Positions 9,816 to 18,125 of a DNA stretch of 63,787 bases are shown here, in pieces (within the stretch, counting starts at the first letter, position 1; the number at the start of each line of letters is the position of its first letter). The notes beneath the pieces were generated by a model. The model was not told the DNA's origin. It saw only the letters and a list, made by a program, of their open reading frames with translations, and did no database searches. The translations under genes and the position numbers were made by a program. This DNA is from a virus (Duplodnaviria; Caudoviricetes): the IMG/VR virus record IMGVR_UViG_3300025151_000033, positions 1-63,787 of that record; one strand, 5' to 3'.

Positions 9816-10295
9816 TTAATACCAACCTCCAGATTGAGCAACATACTTGCCCGAATGCTGGAAATCATCACAATCATTACACCAAATAGACCAATAATGC
9901 CAAGTAGCCCAATCTGCGGAACAACCGTCAGTTTCAGCATCTCCATCACCGTCAATATTGGTTGAACCACAATGAGGACATTTTTCAACAGAAAAACCCT
10001 TTTCTTTCATTTCAGCAACTTTACGCTCAACTTTCATATATTCTTGCATAGTGTTCATTTCCCAGCGAGAAATCATATTTGGAACTTCTTCAACAATAAT
10101 CTTGCCAACAACAATCAAAAGAGCAAATTCTTCCATTGAATAGTATTCAGACTTCCAATTTGCATATTCACCACGACCTAAATAAGCATCATCTGGGTGC
10201 TTATTAGGATTAGTGTAAATACCAATCATACCATCTCCAATCATCAATTTATCATATGTATAAGTCCTAACTTCCGTATTAACTGCTTCTGCCAT
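9816..10295 (-). CDS. hypothetical Zn-ribbon protein (cassette gene)
   Basis: 159 aa, CPHCG...CNDC; ATG 39 nt from palindrome 10334. Confidence 0.75.
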   Translation of the reverse strand: MAEAVNTEVRTYTYDKLMIGDGMIGIYTNPNKHPDDAYLGRGEYANWKSEYYSMEEFALLIVVGKIIVEEVPNMISRWEMNTMQEYMKVERKVAEMKEKGFSVEKCPHCGSTNIDGDGDAETDGCSADWATWHYWSIWCNDCDDFQHSGKYVAQSGGWY

Positions 10296-10461
10296 GATAA
10301 TAAGGAATTTATGTTAGTTTCAAGGTAATGCCACAAAGTTATTACCATATGGTGTTACTTTGATTAACCATATGGGCGAGCAAATCTAATGATTTGAGGA
10401 AATGTGCACCTTTCCCTCCTTTCTCGCCCAATTAGTGCCTATATCAACCATTTGTTCACCT

Positions 10462-10671
10462 CTAATCCATATCTGGATTAAATTCATCAATTACCAATTC
10501 ATCTGCATCTTCCCGATAATCAATAGGAGTATCAAGATAATGCGTGTCATCTTCCTCAATGTTTTCCTTTCGGATTTCATCAAGCAATTTACGCTCATGG
10601 GAAGTAATACCCCACTTTTTACGCATTTTTGTCTTTTCCGCTTTAGTAAGTGGCTTATCTTGGTCGGTCAT
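10462..10671 (-). CDS. hypothetical protein (cassette gene)
   Basis: MTDQDKPLTK..., ATG 38 nt from palindrome 10709. Confidence 0.65.
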   Translation of the reverse strand: MTDQDKPLTKAEKTKMRKKWGITSHERKLLDEIRKENIEEDDTHYLDTPIDYREDADELVIDEFNPDMD

Positions 10672-10778
10672 GCTAATTAGGGAAATGACATAATACAAGG
10701 TGTTTACTCAAAGTTTCACACCATATGGTTATACTTTGATATAATCCCTGCCATTTAGGACTTACGGGATTTATTTGC

Positions 10779-11519
10779 TCAAGAGGAATTGCGAGCCTCA
10801 CGAACTTGAGCAATAATATCAGGGGTGCATTCCGAGCGAGATTCGGTAATTGCATCAAAGTGGCAATCAATTGAAGGATTTTCAACATCATAGCCAAATT
10901 TCTTCAACTTCAAACGACCTTCAACAACTGATTGGATTTTACCCATATCAGCAAGAACACTTTCAACCATCATCTTTTCAATGACTTCTTTTCTTTGGAC
11001 TTTCTCACTATTCCAAACAATAACGAATTTCAATTCAATAGTTCTGTATGATTTATCAATGGTGGTTTGCATAGTGATTACTTCATTATCAACATTGAAG
11101 ATTTGATGAACACCAGCACCATAGCCCATTTCACCTTCAAGACCATCAATTTCAAGATAGCAGAATTTGTTAGCAGGTTGCTTCCAAACCTTCTTTGTTT
11201 TCTCATTCTCATTTCTAATCATATTGACTTCAACATCTTCATTATTGAAATAACGATTCAAAGCATTGACAACCTTGTTAGCATCGGAAGTCCAATTAAA
11301 GGACTCAAAATGCTCTCCATCAATTTCAATATCATAAGTAGTCTTTGAAGTAGTCTCTTCTTTGAAACCATATTCGCAATCATCATTATCATAGTCCCAA
11401 CGACCAACCATTGAAACTCCCTTCTTATGCAATTCATGGGACAATTTACCCCAAGACACATCATTCAAGGCTTCACCATCATAACTTAATTCCATTGTTC
11501 TAACATATTTAATTGACAT
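10779..11519 (-). CDS. hypothetical protein (cassette gene)
   Basis: 246 aa, GGAG SD, lies between palindromes 10709 and 11570. Confidence 0.8.
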   Translation of the reverse strand: MSIKYVRTMELSYDGEALNDVSWGKLSHELHKKGVSMVGRWDYDNDDCEYGFKEETTSKTTYDIEIDGEHFESFNWTSDANKVVNALNRYFNNEDVEVNMIRNENEKTKKVWKQPANKFCYLEIDGLEGEMGYGAGVHQIFNVDNEVITMQTTIDKSYRTIELKFVIVWNSEKVQRKEVIEKMMVESVLADMGKIQSVVEGRLKLKKFGYDVENPSIDCHFDAITESRSECTPDIIAQVREARNSS

Positions 11520-11631
11520 TTTAACTCAACTCCATTGATTAGGTTTTTTCACATACCTTTAAGGTATTTCAAAGTTACTACCATATGGTCACAAACTTTG
11601 AGAATCGTGCCCCGAAGGACACCTTATCGGA

Positions 11632-11889
11632 TTAATACCGATAAGATTGGGAAACCGAGATTTCCTTCACTTTGTAGGGCAAATTCTGCATTTCCCGAAC
11701 CAATTCAGCAAAAGCACCCTTGTTATGACCACGCATAGCACCATTCATTTTATTTGCCTTGACAGCAAGATTGTGAAGAATATTGTCATTGTAAGACTTT
11801 GCACATTCTTCAGCAGTATGCTTGTATTGAAAATAAGCAACTGTCATTGTTCCAGAATCGTTTGTTTTAACTACTTGATAGACCTTCAT
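11632..11889 (-). CDS. hypothetical protein (cassette gene)
   Basis: 85 aa; ATG 37 nt from palindrome 11926. Confidence 0.7.
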   Translation of the reverse strand: MKVYQVVKTNDSGTMTVAYFQYKHTAEECAKSYNDNILHNLAVKANKMNGAMRGHNKGAFAELVREMQNLPYKVKEISVSQSYRY

Positions 11890-11965
11890 GGGAATTAGGT
11901 TTTTATGGGTTAGTTATGGTATTCACAAAGTTATTACCATATGGATGCTAACTTTGAGATAATCC

Positions 11966-12094
11966 TCAATTCCCTTTTCTGGGAATATCTTGGAAATGCC
12001 GCAATTTCATCCATTGACGCTTGCTCATGCCATATTTCTTGACATTCTTGATAAAATTCCTGTAATTCTCGGTTGTAGTCCAATCTTCTTTCAT
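11966..12094 (-). CDS. small basic protein
   Basis: 42 aa MKEDWTTTENYRNF..., ATGA-coupled to the upstream gene. Confidence 0.45.
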   Translation of the reverse strand: MKEDWTTTENYRNFIKNVKKYGMSKRQWMKLRHFQDIPRKGN

Positions 12095-12279
12095 TCTTCT
12101 TCATCTCCTAAACATTCTTCGCAAATATAGATACCATCGCCAAAATCAATCAAATCCCAATCATTGTCGCAATATTCGCAACAAGGACCATCTCCAGCAT
12201 ACATATCAATTAACTTATCAATACCATTCGGGTCGTTAGCACTAATACCAGACATTTGACACAATTCCCAATAACTCAT
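12091..12279 (-). CDS. small acidic Zn-finger protein (cassette gene)
   Basis: MSYWELCQ...CEYC...CEEC; ATG 36 nt from palindrome 12315. Confidence 0.65.
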   Translation of the reverse strand: MSYWELCQMSGISANDPNGIDKLIDMYAGDGPCCEYCDNDWDLIDFGDGIYICEECLGDEEE

Positions 12280-12405
12280 GGGAATATGAAATATTAAGAT
12301 GTTCAAGGTTTCCTCAAAGTATCAAACCATATGGTGTCATACTTTGTCATTACTCCCCAACACCCCTAAATTGGGGGTTGAAGAGGGAATAACGCCCAAT
12401 TAGCA

Positions 12406-12960
12406 TCATTCCTCTTCTTGAGCCTCCATTTGCTCAACAATGTGCCAATTCACGATTGGCGCACCGTTTTCGTCCATGCTTCCGTCCCACTTATGACCTT
12501 CACGGTTTTTGGTGTGATTTCGGTAGTAGCGAGTATAACGGGTTTTAACCGCTTTACCCTGCAACTTAGCGTATTCTTCAGCAGACTCATAAAGACCGCC
12601 TCCGCTTTTTCCATGCTTTTCAATCAATGACGACATATTACCTGTGTTGTAAAGTGTAGTGTAGTTTTCAACCGCTTGAGCCTCAAGGTTCAAGATTAGT
12701 TGATTAATGTCATCTGGAAGGTCGGTTTCACGACCTCTTGTGATAGGTGAATTAGGCAACATACCGAATAGTGTAGTAATTGAAGTCCAATACCTTTTAC
12801 GGTTTGCACTATCACTATCACCTGTTGCTATGTTCCATTCAATAACTTGACTCATTTCTCCAATATCGTTAGTTTCAAGGAAAGTCATTACCTTTGACTT
12901 ACGCTTGTTCCACGATTCATCGTCCATACTATAATCTCCTGCCATACTTTTCATCTCCAT
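12406..12960 (-). CDS. hypothetical protein, paralog of 15499-15981
   Basis: Shared motifs P.SP..RG, KHGK.GGG, EYA, WDGS.D. Confidence 0.8.
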   Translation of the reverse strand: MEMKSMAGDYSMDDESWNKRKSKVMTFLETNDIGEMSQVIEWNIATGDSDSANRKRYWTSITTLFGMLPNSPITRGRETDLPDDINQLILNLEAQAVENYTTLYNTGNMSSLIEKHGKSGGGLYESAEEYAKLQGKAVKTRYTRYYRNHTKNREGHKWDGSMDENGAPIVNWHIVEQMEAQEEE

Positions 12961-13101
12961 ATTTGTTTGCTATTTTGGTTGTTATTCCCTCTCAACCATT
13001 AATTAGGTTTCACTTGGGGTTAAATAAGGTAATTACAAAGTATGACCATATGGTAAGATACTTTGTTACGCACCTCAATAATACTTATAAAAGTAATTAA
13101 C

Positions 13102-13209
13102 ATGAAATTGAAGCCTCAATATCGTTGTAAGGAATGTAATAAGGTAATCAACAAGTGGCGTGAAATCTGTTATACTTGTGAATGTGAAGGTAAAGGTGAA
13201 GAAGAATGA
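13102..13209 (+). CDS. tiny Zn-finger protein
   Basis: MKLKPQYRCKECNKVINKWREICYTCECEGKGEEE; ATG 37 nt after palindrome 13036-13065. Confidence 0.55.
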   Translation: MKLKPQYRCKECNKVINKWREICYTCECEGKGEEE

Positions 13210-13361
13210 GTAAAGTAGTTGGTTGGATTATTTTTCTTGAAGAAGAAGATGAAAATGGTGATATTAACTTAGTTGATTGGAATATTAGCAATTGGCTCGC
13301 AAATGAAATAGATGTGGAATATGCTGAATTGTTAGAAAATATGGAAGGTGAAGAAGAATGA
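13206..13361 (+). CDS. small acidic protein
   Basis: 51 aa MSKVVGWIIFLEEEDENG..., ATGA coupling at both ends. Confidence 0.55.
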   Translation: MSKVVGWIIFLEEEDENGDINLVDWNISNWLANEIDVEYAELLENMEGEEE

Positions 13362-13558
13362 GTAAATTTCAAAAAAGGCATTATGAAGCAATTGCAGAAG
13401 TATTCGGGACTTTTAACGAGAAAGACCTTTATCATCTTGATGATATTATAGGTGCGTTTGAAGCATTGTTTATCAATGATAATCCTCGTTTTGATGTTCA
13501 AAGGTTTTGGGATAGAGTTAAGCACTACATAGACAATTATTCCCCCAATTGGGATTAA
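13358..13558 (+). CDS. hypothetical protein
   Basis: 66 aa; KRHYEAIAE...DNPRFDVQRF, a pattern seen in small phage proteins. Confidence 0.7.
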   Translation: MSKFQKRHYEAIAEVFGTFNEKDLYHLDDIIGAFEALFINDNPRFDVQRFWDRVKHYIDNYSPNWD

Positions 13559-13730
13559 ATTACTGTGGAGAGCGTTTTTGATTGTTTTCGCTCAGGCAAG
13601 AGAGCCACGCATAGGGTGAATGTGCAAATAGCCGAAATAAAAAACAATCCCCGCCTTTGGGTCAATTCAAAGTATTACCATATGGTTTTACTTTGTCAAA
13701 CCTTATTCAATACTTAATTTAACCTAACTA

Positions 13731-14003
13731 ATGTTCGGCTTTAGCGGGCTGGACAGGAGTTGGCTGAATAATATCTTAGCATCGGTATAAAGCAATACAT
13801 TCAAGGTGGTTCTTGCACCTCTTGAGTTATGGTCGGTGTGAAAAGCATTCGGCACTAATTCTAAGTGAAAAGTTCGTAATGGGAGGTTTCCCCCTATCAT
13901 GCCCGATAGTTAGACAATGTATGTAATGTTGGTTTTCAAAGAACTATAGGTGCTGAAAAGCCCCGACATTTGCAGGTAAATAGTAATCTTGCACTCCACC
14001 CTT
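13731..14003 (+). ncRNA. candidate structured ncRNA cassette
   Basis: Starts 36 nt after palindrome 13668-13695; only a 19-codon ORF; stems 13734/13768, 13801-13825, 13925-13970 and 13971-13993. Confidence 0.45.
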
Positions 14004-14026
14004 TATTATTCTCATAGGTGATTTTT

Positions 14027-14335
14027 ATGCGTTTTTCACAAAAGAAAGGACAAATGAACTGTAATTACTTGAACAAGGCAAGGTCAAATCTTGCTCGCAA
14101 AAACAAGCAAATGAATAACATTCGCAAGCAAAAGTTCAATGAGTCTAAATACCGTGATTATTCTTCAAAGCGAGCATTTGTTAGCCAATGGAAGTGCTAC
14201 TTCCCAAAGACTACACTTGACCGTAAATGGAATCAAATGAAGAAGAATGCAGGAAAGAAGGTCTTTACCCCTTCTCCGCTTCAAGACACAATTGAGAAGT
14301 TGGAACTCGGTTGGGGTAATTCGCTATTTAGTTAA
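14027..14335 (+). CDS. hypothetical basic protein
   Basis: ~102 aa, GGTGA SD upstream. Confidence 0.65.
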   Translation: MRFSQKKGQMNCNYLNKARSNLARKNKQMNNIRKQKFNESKYRDYSSKRAFVSQWKCYFPKTTLDRKWNQMKKNAGKKVFTPSPLQDTIEKLELGWGNSLFS

Positions 14336-14426
14336 AATAGCCCTCTTCGGAGGTAATGTCAAAGTATTACCATATGGTAATATAACTTTGTGGCTTACCT
14401 TGTTTATGTATATATCACTAATTACC

Positions 14427-14591
14427 ATGTATGACACAGAATCAATGTATAATGAACTTCTTGATGATATTTACGGTGAAATAGAGATTTGTGGCACTAA
14501 ATGGTGGGCTTCTGTTGCATTGAAGCGAATTGACCCTATTGCATACCGTTGTGGTCTTTCTGACTATGAATCTTCGCTTGAAGAAGAATAA
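14427..14591 (+). CDS. small acidic protein (cassette gene)
   Basis: MYDTESMYNELLDDIYG...IDPIAYRCG; ATG 37 nt after palindrome 14360-14390. Confidence 0.7.
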   Translation: MYDTESMYNELLDDIYGEIEICGTKWWASVALKRIDPIAYRCGLSDYESSLEEE

Positions 14592-14798
14592 ATTCCTCTT
14601 TGCCTCCATTTGAGCGTCCTAACCCCTTTTGTGGTGATTGTGGGCGGAATGCTACTTCTGGGTGCAGGTAATCAAAAAAACTTCCTCCGTTTTTTCCTCT
14701 TTTGAGGTTTTTTCTTCTCAAAGTGACAACCATATGGTAATACTTTGTAATTAGCCCAAGTATAGGTCAAAGTTATCCTATTGTTGGAGGAATTGACT

Positions 14799-14984
14799 AT
14801 GAACGAACCACAAAGCACCAATGAGCCTGTTATTGTTGTTGAACCTAAATACACTATTGAAGTAGGGCATGACCGTTATCAAAACCTTATCATCAAAAAA
14901 CTGCGAGTTAGTGGAGATGATTTGGAATCGGTTATTACACAACTACAACAGGCATTGAATGACTTTCGGATGCTGGAAATCTGA
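14799..14984 (+). CDS. hypothetical protein (cassette gene)
   Basis: 61 aa, GGAGG SD, downstream of palindrome 14719-14747. Confidence 0.65.
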   Translation: MNEPQSTNEPVIVVEPKYTIEVGHDRYQNLIIKKLRVSGDDLESVITQLQQALNDFRMLEI

Positions 14985-15498
14985 CCCAACATAAACAGGC
15001 TAATTATGATTGGTGGGATTTCTTAGTTGAAGATTTACCCGACCCGTTGAAAGACAAAGACAAAAAGAAATAATTCACTTTTACACGACAACCTGCCCCT
15101 TGAAGTAAAAACCTCACTAAATGGTGCTTGAACGCTTAATATCCATTGACGCTCTCTAAGGCATAGGTTAGTAAAAAACAAAATTGGCGTTTGAAACGCT
15201 GATGGCGATAATTGGTTTTATCCATGCCGTGTAGTCTTATTTCTGTCTTTTTACGGCATTGGTAAGGTAATGACAAAGTATTACCATATGGTTGTAATGA
15301 AATATAAAAGAATGTGTGAAAGTTATGAAATTGTCGTCTTTCAGCAGGGTTATTTCTGTTAAATATGACAATGATGCGATGTATCAATTGTATCATTTGT
15401 ATCAAACCATATGGTAATGCTTTCGCTTATTACCCTTTATATACACTCGTTGTGTGCTATTATTGCTCACAAGAGCGCAAAAAAAGGAGAGAGAAAAA

Positions 15499-15981
15499 AT
15501 GGAAGAAGTAAATTGGAATAGCCATGTGCTTGAACTTGAAGAATTTATGGCAACTGACGCAGTTAGCGAACAATTGTCCCAAGTCCTTCAATTTCAAATT
15601 AATCTTGGAAATGAAAATGAAGAACAAAGAGAAAGAGTTTGGGACTCAATTAAGTCCTTAATTCGTGGAATGCCTGGAAGTCCTGTGCGAAGAGGAATTA
15701 AACCTTCTTTGCCAGCCGCAGTTCGTGTAGTTGTTGATTCAGTCGTTAATACCGTTGAATCGGCATCAACCGACTTTTTCAACGCAGACCCAACAATTCA
15801 GGCAGTTATCCTGAAGCACGGAAAAGCAGGTGGAGGCGCATTTGCCTCTTCAAGCGAATATGCAACATATCTCGGAAAGAAAGCAAGAACCGCTATGACC
15901 CGTCTTTACAAAGATGGTGCATGGGACGGAAGTCTTGACGGACTTTTGGGAACTGTTGAGCATTCCGATGAAGAAGAGTGA
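15499..15981 (+). CDS. hypothetical protein, paralog of 12406-12960
   Basis: MEEVNWNS..., GGAG SD, TTTATATA box at ~15436. Confidence 0.8.
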   Translation: MEEVNWNSHVLELEEFMATDAVSEQLSQVLQFQINLGNENEEQRERVWDSIKSLIRGMPGSPVRRGIKPSLPAAVRVVVDSVVNTVESASTDFFNADPTIQAVILKHGKAGGGAFASSSEYATYLGKKARTAMTRLYKDGAWDGSLDGLLGTVEHSDEEE

Positions 15982-16022
15982 ATTAACTCTTAATTCATCA
16001 AGAAGGCTTGAAAACAAATGAT

Positions 16023-16057
16023 TGGTGGTGGGGAGTATCTTTGACTCCCCATCACCA
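16023..16057 (+). terminator. GC-rich hairpin, putative terminator
   Basis: TGGTGGTGGGGAGT...ACTCCCCATCACCA downstream of 15981. Confidence 0.55.
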
Positions 16058-16578
16058 TGATGTTTTCATGGTAATTAGCAAAGTATTACCATATGATTGT
16101 GAATTGTCTAAACTGACACTTCGCATTCGGCTACGCTGACCCCCTTCATATACCCTGCCATGCCTGTATCATTGAGAAGGCTTGTTGAGTTTTCAGCCAA
16201 CAATACCTTTAACCGATGATTTACCTAAACTGATAGTCAATACTTTCTATCTTTGTATAGTAAAAATTGTATATCATTTTCAAGGTATCTATTAAGGTCA
16301 TTCAATCATTAAGATTATTGTTCAGTATAGCGTTTAGATAAATAATTACTATCAATAGTATTATAACTAAACCTACTGAAAATTAATGGTGTGGGGTCTG
16401 AATCGGTATATAAAGAAAGGAATGTCTCATGTATCTCATCACAGATACAAACAAAATGAGCAGATTCTTGGATAGTTTTTATTCATTATGTTATTATTAT
16501 CAATTGTATTAGTAGTAGCATAGTAGTAAAGGGCATATCCTCCCGAATCCGACTAAGCGGGAAAAGATATGTCTAAGG

Positions 16579-16696
16579 GGGTTGATACAACCGATACAAA
16601 TGATACATTCTTAGAATCGTATCATTATGTATCAAAACTTGGTCGGAATCGGAACATAATGATAATATCGGGGAAGATACAACCGTGATACAACCT
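16579..16696. repeat. GATAC(A) iteron-like repeats, candidate replication origin
   Basis: GATAC at 16584, 16593, 16602 (9-nt period), 16676 and 16687; inverted GTATC at 16619 and 16629; mirror triplet at 15381, 15390, 15399. Confidence 0.55.
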
Positions 16697-16745
16697 GAAT
16701 TTATCATTATGTTTCACAGATTCAAAAAAGAGAGTAGTGAGATAA

Positions 16746-17468
16746 ATGACTGTTAAAGACAATAAAAGATTAAAAGAACTTCAAGTATGGTATATTTGTG
16801 CAGAAACATTAGGTTTACTTGATGGGAATAGAGTTAGGAAAAAGAAATTGCTTGACTTATATTCTAAATCAAGAGGTTGCACACTACAAACTGCAATTAA
16901 TCATTTCAATAAGAAAGGGATGAGGAAATACTTTTCACAAGCAAAAGATAGAAGTGCTAAAGGTCAATTAATTAAGGCTTTGAAAACTAAAAACGGATAC
17001 ACTATTGAAATAGATTCAAGAGTATCTAAAGACATTAAAGGTGTAATGAAAAATACCATTGTTCCTACTGTTAAAGCAAGTATGGAAACAGAAGGTCGTC
17101 AAGACTATTGGAAACAAATTAAAAACATGAGTGTTAAAACAAATAGAAAACACTACAAGAAAATATACAAAAAGGTGGACAAATACATGGACACAATTAA
17201 AGATAATAATAATGAATCACAATCAAAGATTGCTAAGAAATGTGCTGAAATTACAGACTTCTTACTAAGTAAGAATGACCAATATGGAGATTCAGCACTA
17301 ACTCCAATTAGAATCTTTAGTAAATCAGATACTAAAGAACAATTGAGAGTTAGAATAGATGATAAATTAAATCGTCTATTACAAGGTAATGAAAACATAG
17401 AAAAGGATGAAGATGTAATTAAAGACCTAATTGGTTATTTAATTCTTCTTCTTGTATCTATGGATTAA
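16746..17468 (+). CDS. protein with C-terminal DUF1599/Nmad1-like domain
   Basis: KNDQYGDS...RIDDKLNRL...DLIGYLILL. Confidence 0.55.
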   Translation: MTVKDNKRLKELQVWYICAETLGLLDGNRVRKKKLLDLYSKSRGCTLQTAINHFNKKGMRKYFSQAKDRSAKGQLIKALKTKNGYTIEIDSRVSKDIKGVMKNTIVPTVKASMETEGRQDYWKQIKNMSVKTNRKHYKKIYKKVDKYMDTIKDNNNESQSKIAKKCAEITDFLLSKNDQYGDSALTPIRIFSKSDTKEQLRVRIDDKLNRLLQGNENIEKDEDVIKDLIGYLILLLVSMD

Positions 17469-17770
17469 TATTCCCTCCCATCGGGAATTAGCAGGTTGCA
17501 CGATTAAAAAAGAACGGATGCCCCATCAGTTAAATCTGATTAACGCTTCTCAAGCAAGTATAGCGGGCAGATTGAATCATATTAGTTCTTTATAGGAATT
17601 GTTGGGTGTGAAAGGGTTTCGGGCTGATTTCCCCATAAGCACCCTTTACCGCTTTTCCGTGTCTGTTCCTCGCAAGGCAGATAATTAAAGAAAAGTGCAG
17701 ACTTAGGTTTAGAGTAAGTTAAGGCTCTTTATCGTTAATAAGTTGTTCTCCTGTGAAATTATTAATTCAC

Positions 17771-17854
17771 GCTAAGGTGGCTGAGTTTGGTTAAAAGCGC
17801 AGGGCTTAAATTCCTGTCCATAATGGTTCGTAGGTTCAAATCCTACCCTTAGCA
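17771..17854 (+). tRNA. tRNA-Leu(TAA)
   Basis: Acceptor GCTAAGG/CCTTAGC, anticodon arm CAGGG-CTTAAAT-TCCTG, long variable arm, GGTTCAAATCC T-arm. Confidence 0.92.
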
Positions 17855-17861
17855 CTTCAAT

Positions 17862-17933
17862 GGGCAATTGGTGTAATGGATAGCATTCTGACCTTCTAAG
17901 TCGGAGATAGGGGTTCGATTCCTCTATTGCCCG
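17862..17933 (+). tRNA. tRNA-Arg(TCT)
   Basis: Acceptor GGGCAAT/ATTGCCC, anticodon arm CTGAC-CTTCTAA-GTCGG, GGTTCGATTCC T-arm. Confidence 0.93.
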
Positions 17934-17957
17934 TTTATATTCATAAGAGGTTAAATA

Positions 17958-18125
17958 ATGAAAATGAGAGATGTAGTAAAAGAAACAAGAATATGGAAAG
18001 AAGATTACTTGAATACAGATGTTGTTGTTGCAGAAAAGCGAAAACAATATTGTATTAAACAAACAAATAGTGGTCGTAAAGATTCTTTTAAGATATGGCA
18101 AGAAGCAAGGAGGAAATATAAATGA
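17958..18125 (+). CDS. small hypothetical protein
   Basis: 55 aa, GAGG SD, ATGA overlap with the next gene. Confidence 0.5.
   Translation: MKMRDVVKETRIWKEDYLNTDVVVAEKRKQYCIKQTNSGRKDSFKIWQEARRKYK

Larger units (their letters stand above)
9036..16096. repeat. dispersed family of ~28-32 bp palindromes, consensus CAAAGT-N(2-5)-ACCATATGGT-N(3-5)-ACTTTG, separating gene cassettes
   Basis: Two-armed copies (some with mismatches) at 9036-9064, 9317-9346, 9733-9764, 10334-10362, 10709-10738, 11570-11600, 11926-11956, 12315-12346, 13036-13065, 13668-13695, 14360-14390 and 14719-14747. Partial copies at ~9004, ~10368, 15274, ~15399-15424 and 16079. All are intergenic. Confidence 0.95.

Noticed and set aside
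14247-14426. N-terminal extension of the 14247-14591 ORF (likewise the track starts at 10698 and 12306)
   Set aside because: These extensions run through the palindrome or promoter; starts at 14427, 10671 and 12279 fit the fixed geometry
9036-14747. Classical integron attC sites
   Set aside because: No RYYYAAC/GTTRRRY ends, the sites are too short, they sit at promoter distance upstream of genes, and no IntI is in the window
9036-16096. CRISPR array reading of the ~30-bp palindromic repeats
   Set aside because: Intervals are 280-860 bp, variable and mostly protein-coding, and the repeats vary in length. No cas operon is present; the Cas4-like gene is a solo nuclease in the replication block.
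17470-17765. RNase P, SRP or tmRNA assignment
   Set aside because: I could not find their conserved signature sequences
17771-17933. Suppressor tRNA or alternative genetic code
   Set aside because: Anticodons TAA and TCT read ordinary Leu UUA and Arg AGA codons, and conserved genes are intact under the standard code
17772-18101. 109-aa minus-strand ORF
   Set aside because: Antisense shadow of the two tRNAs
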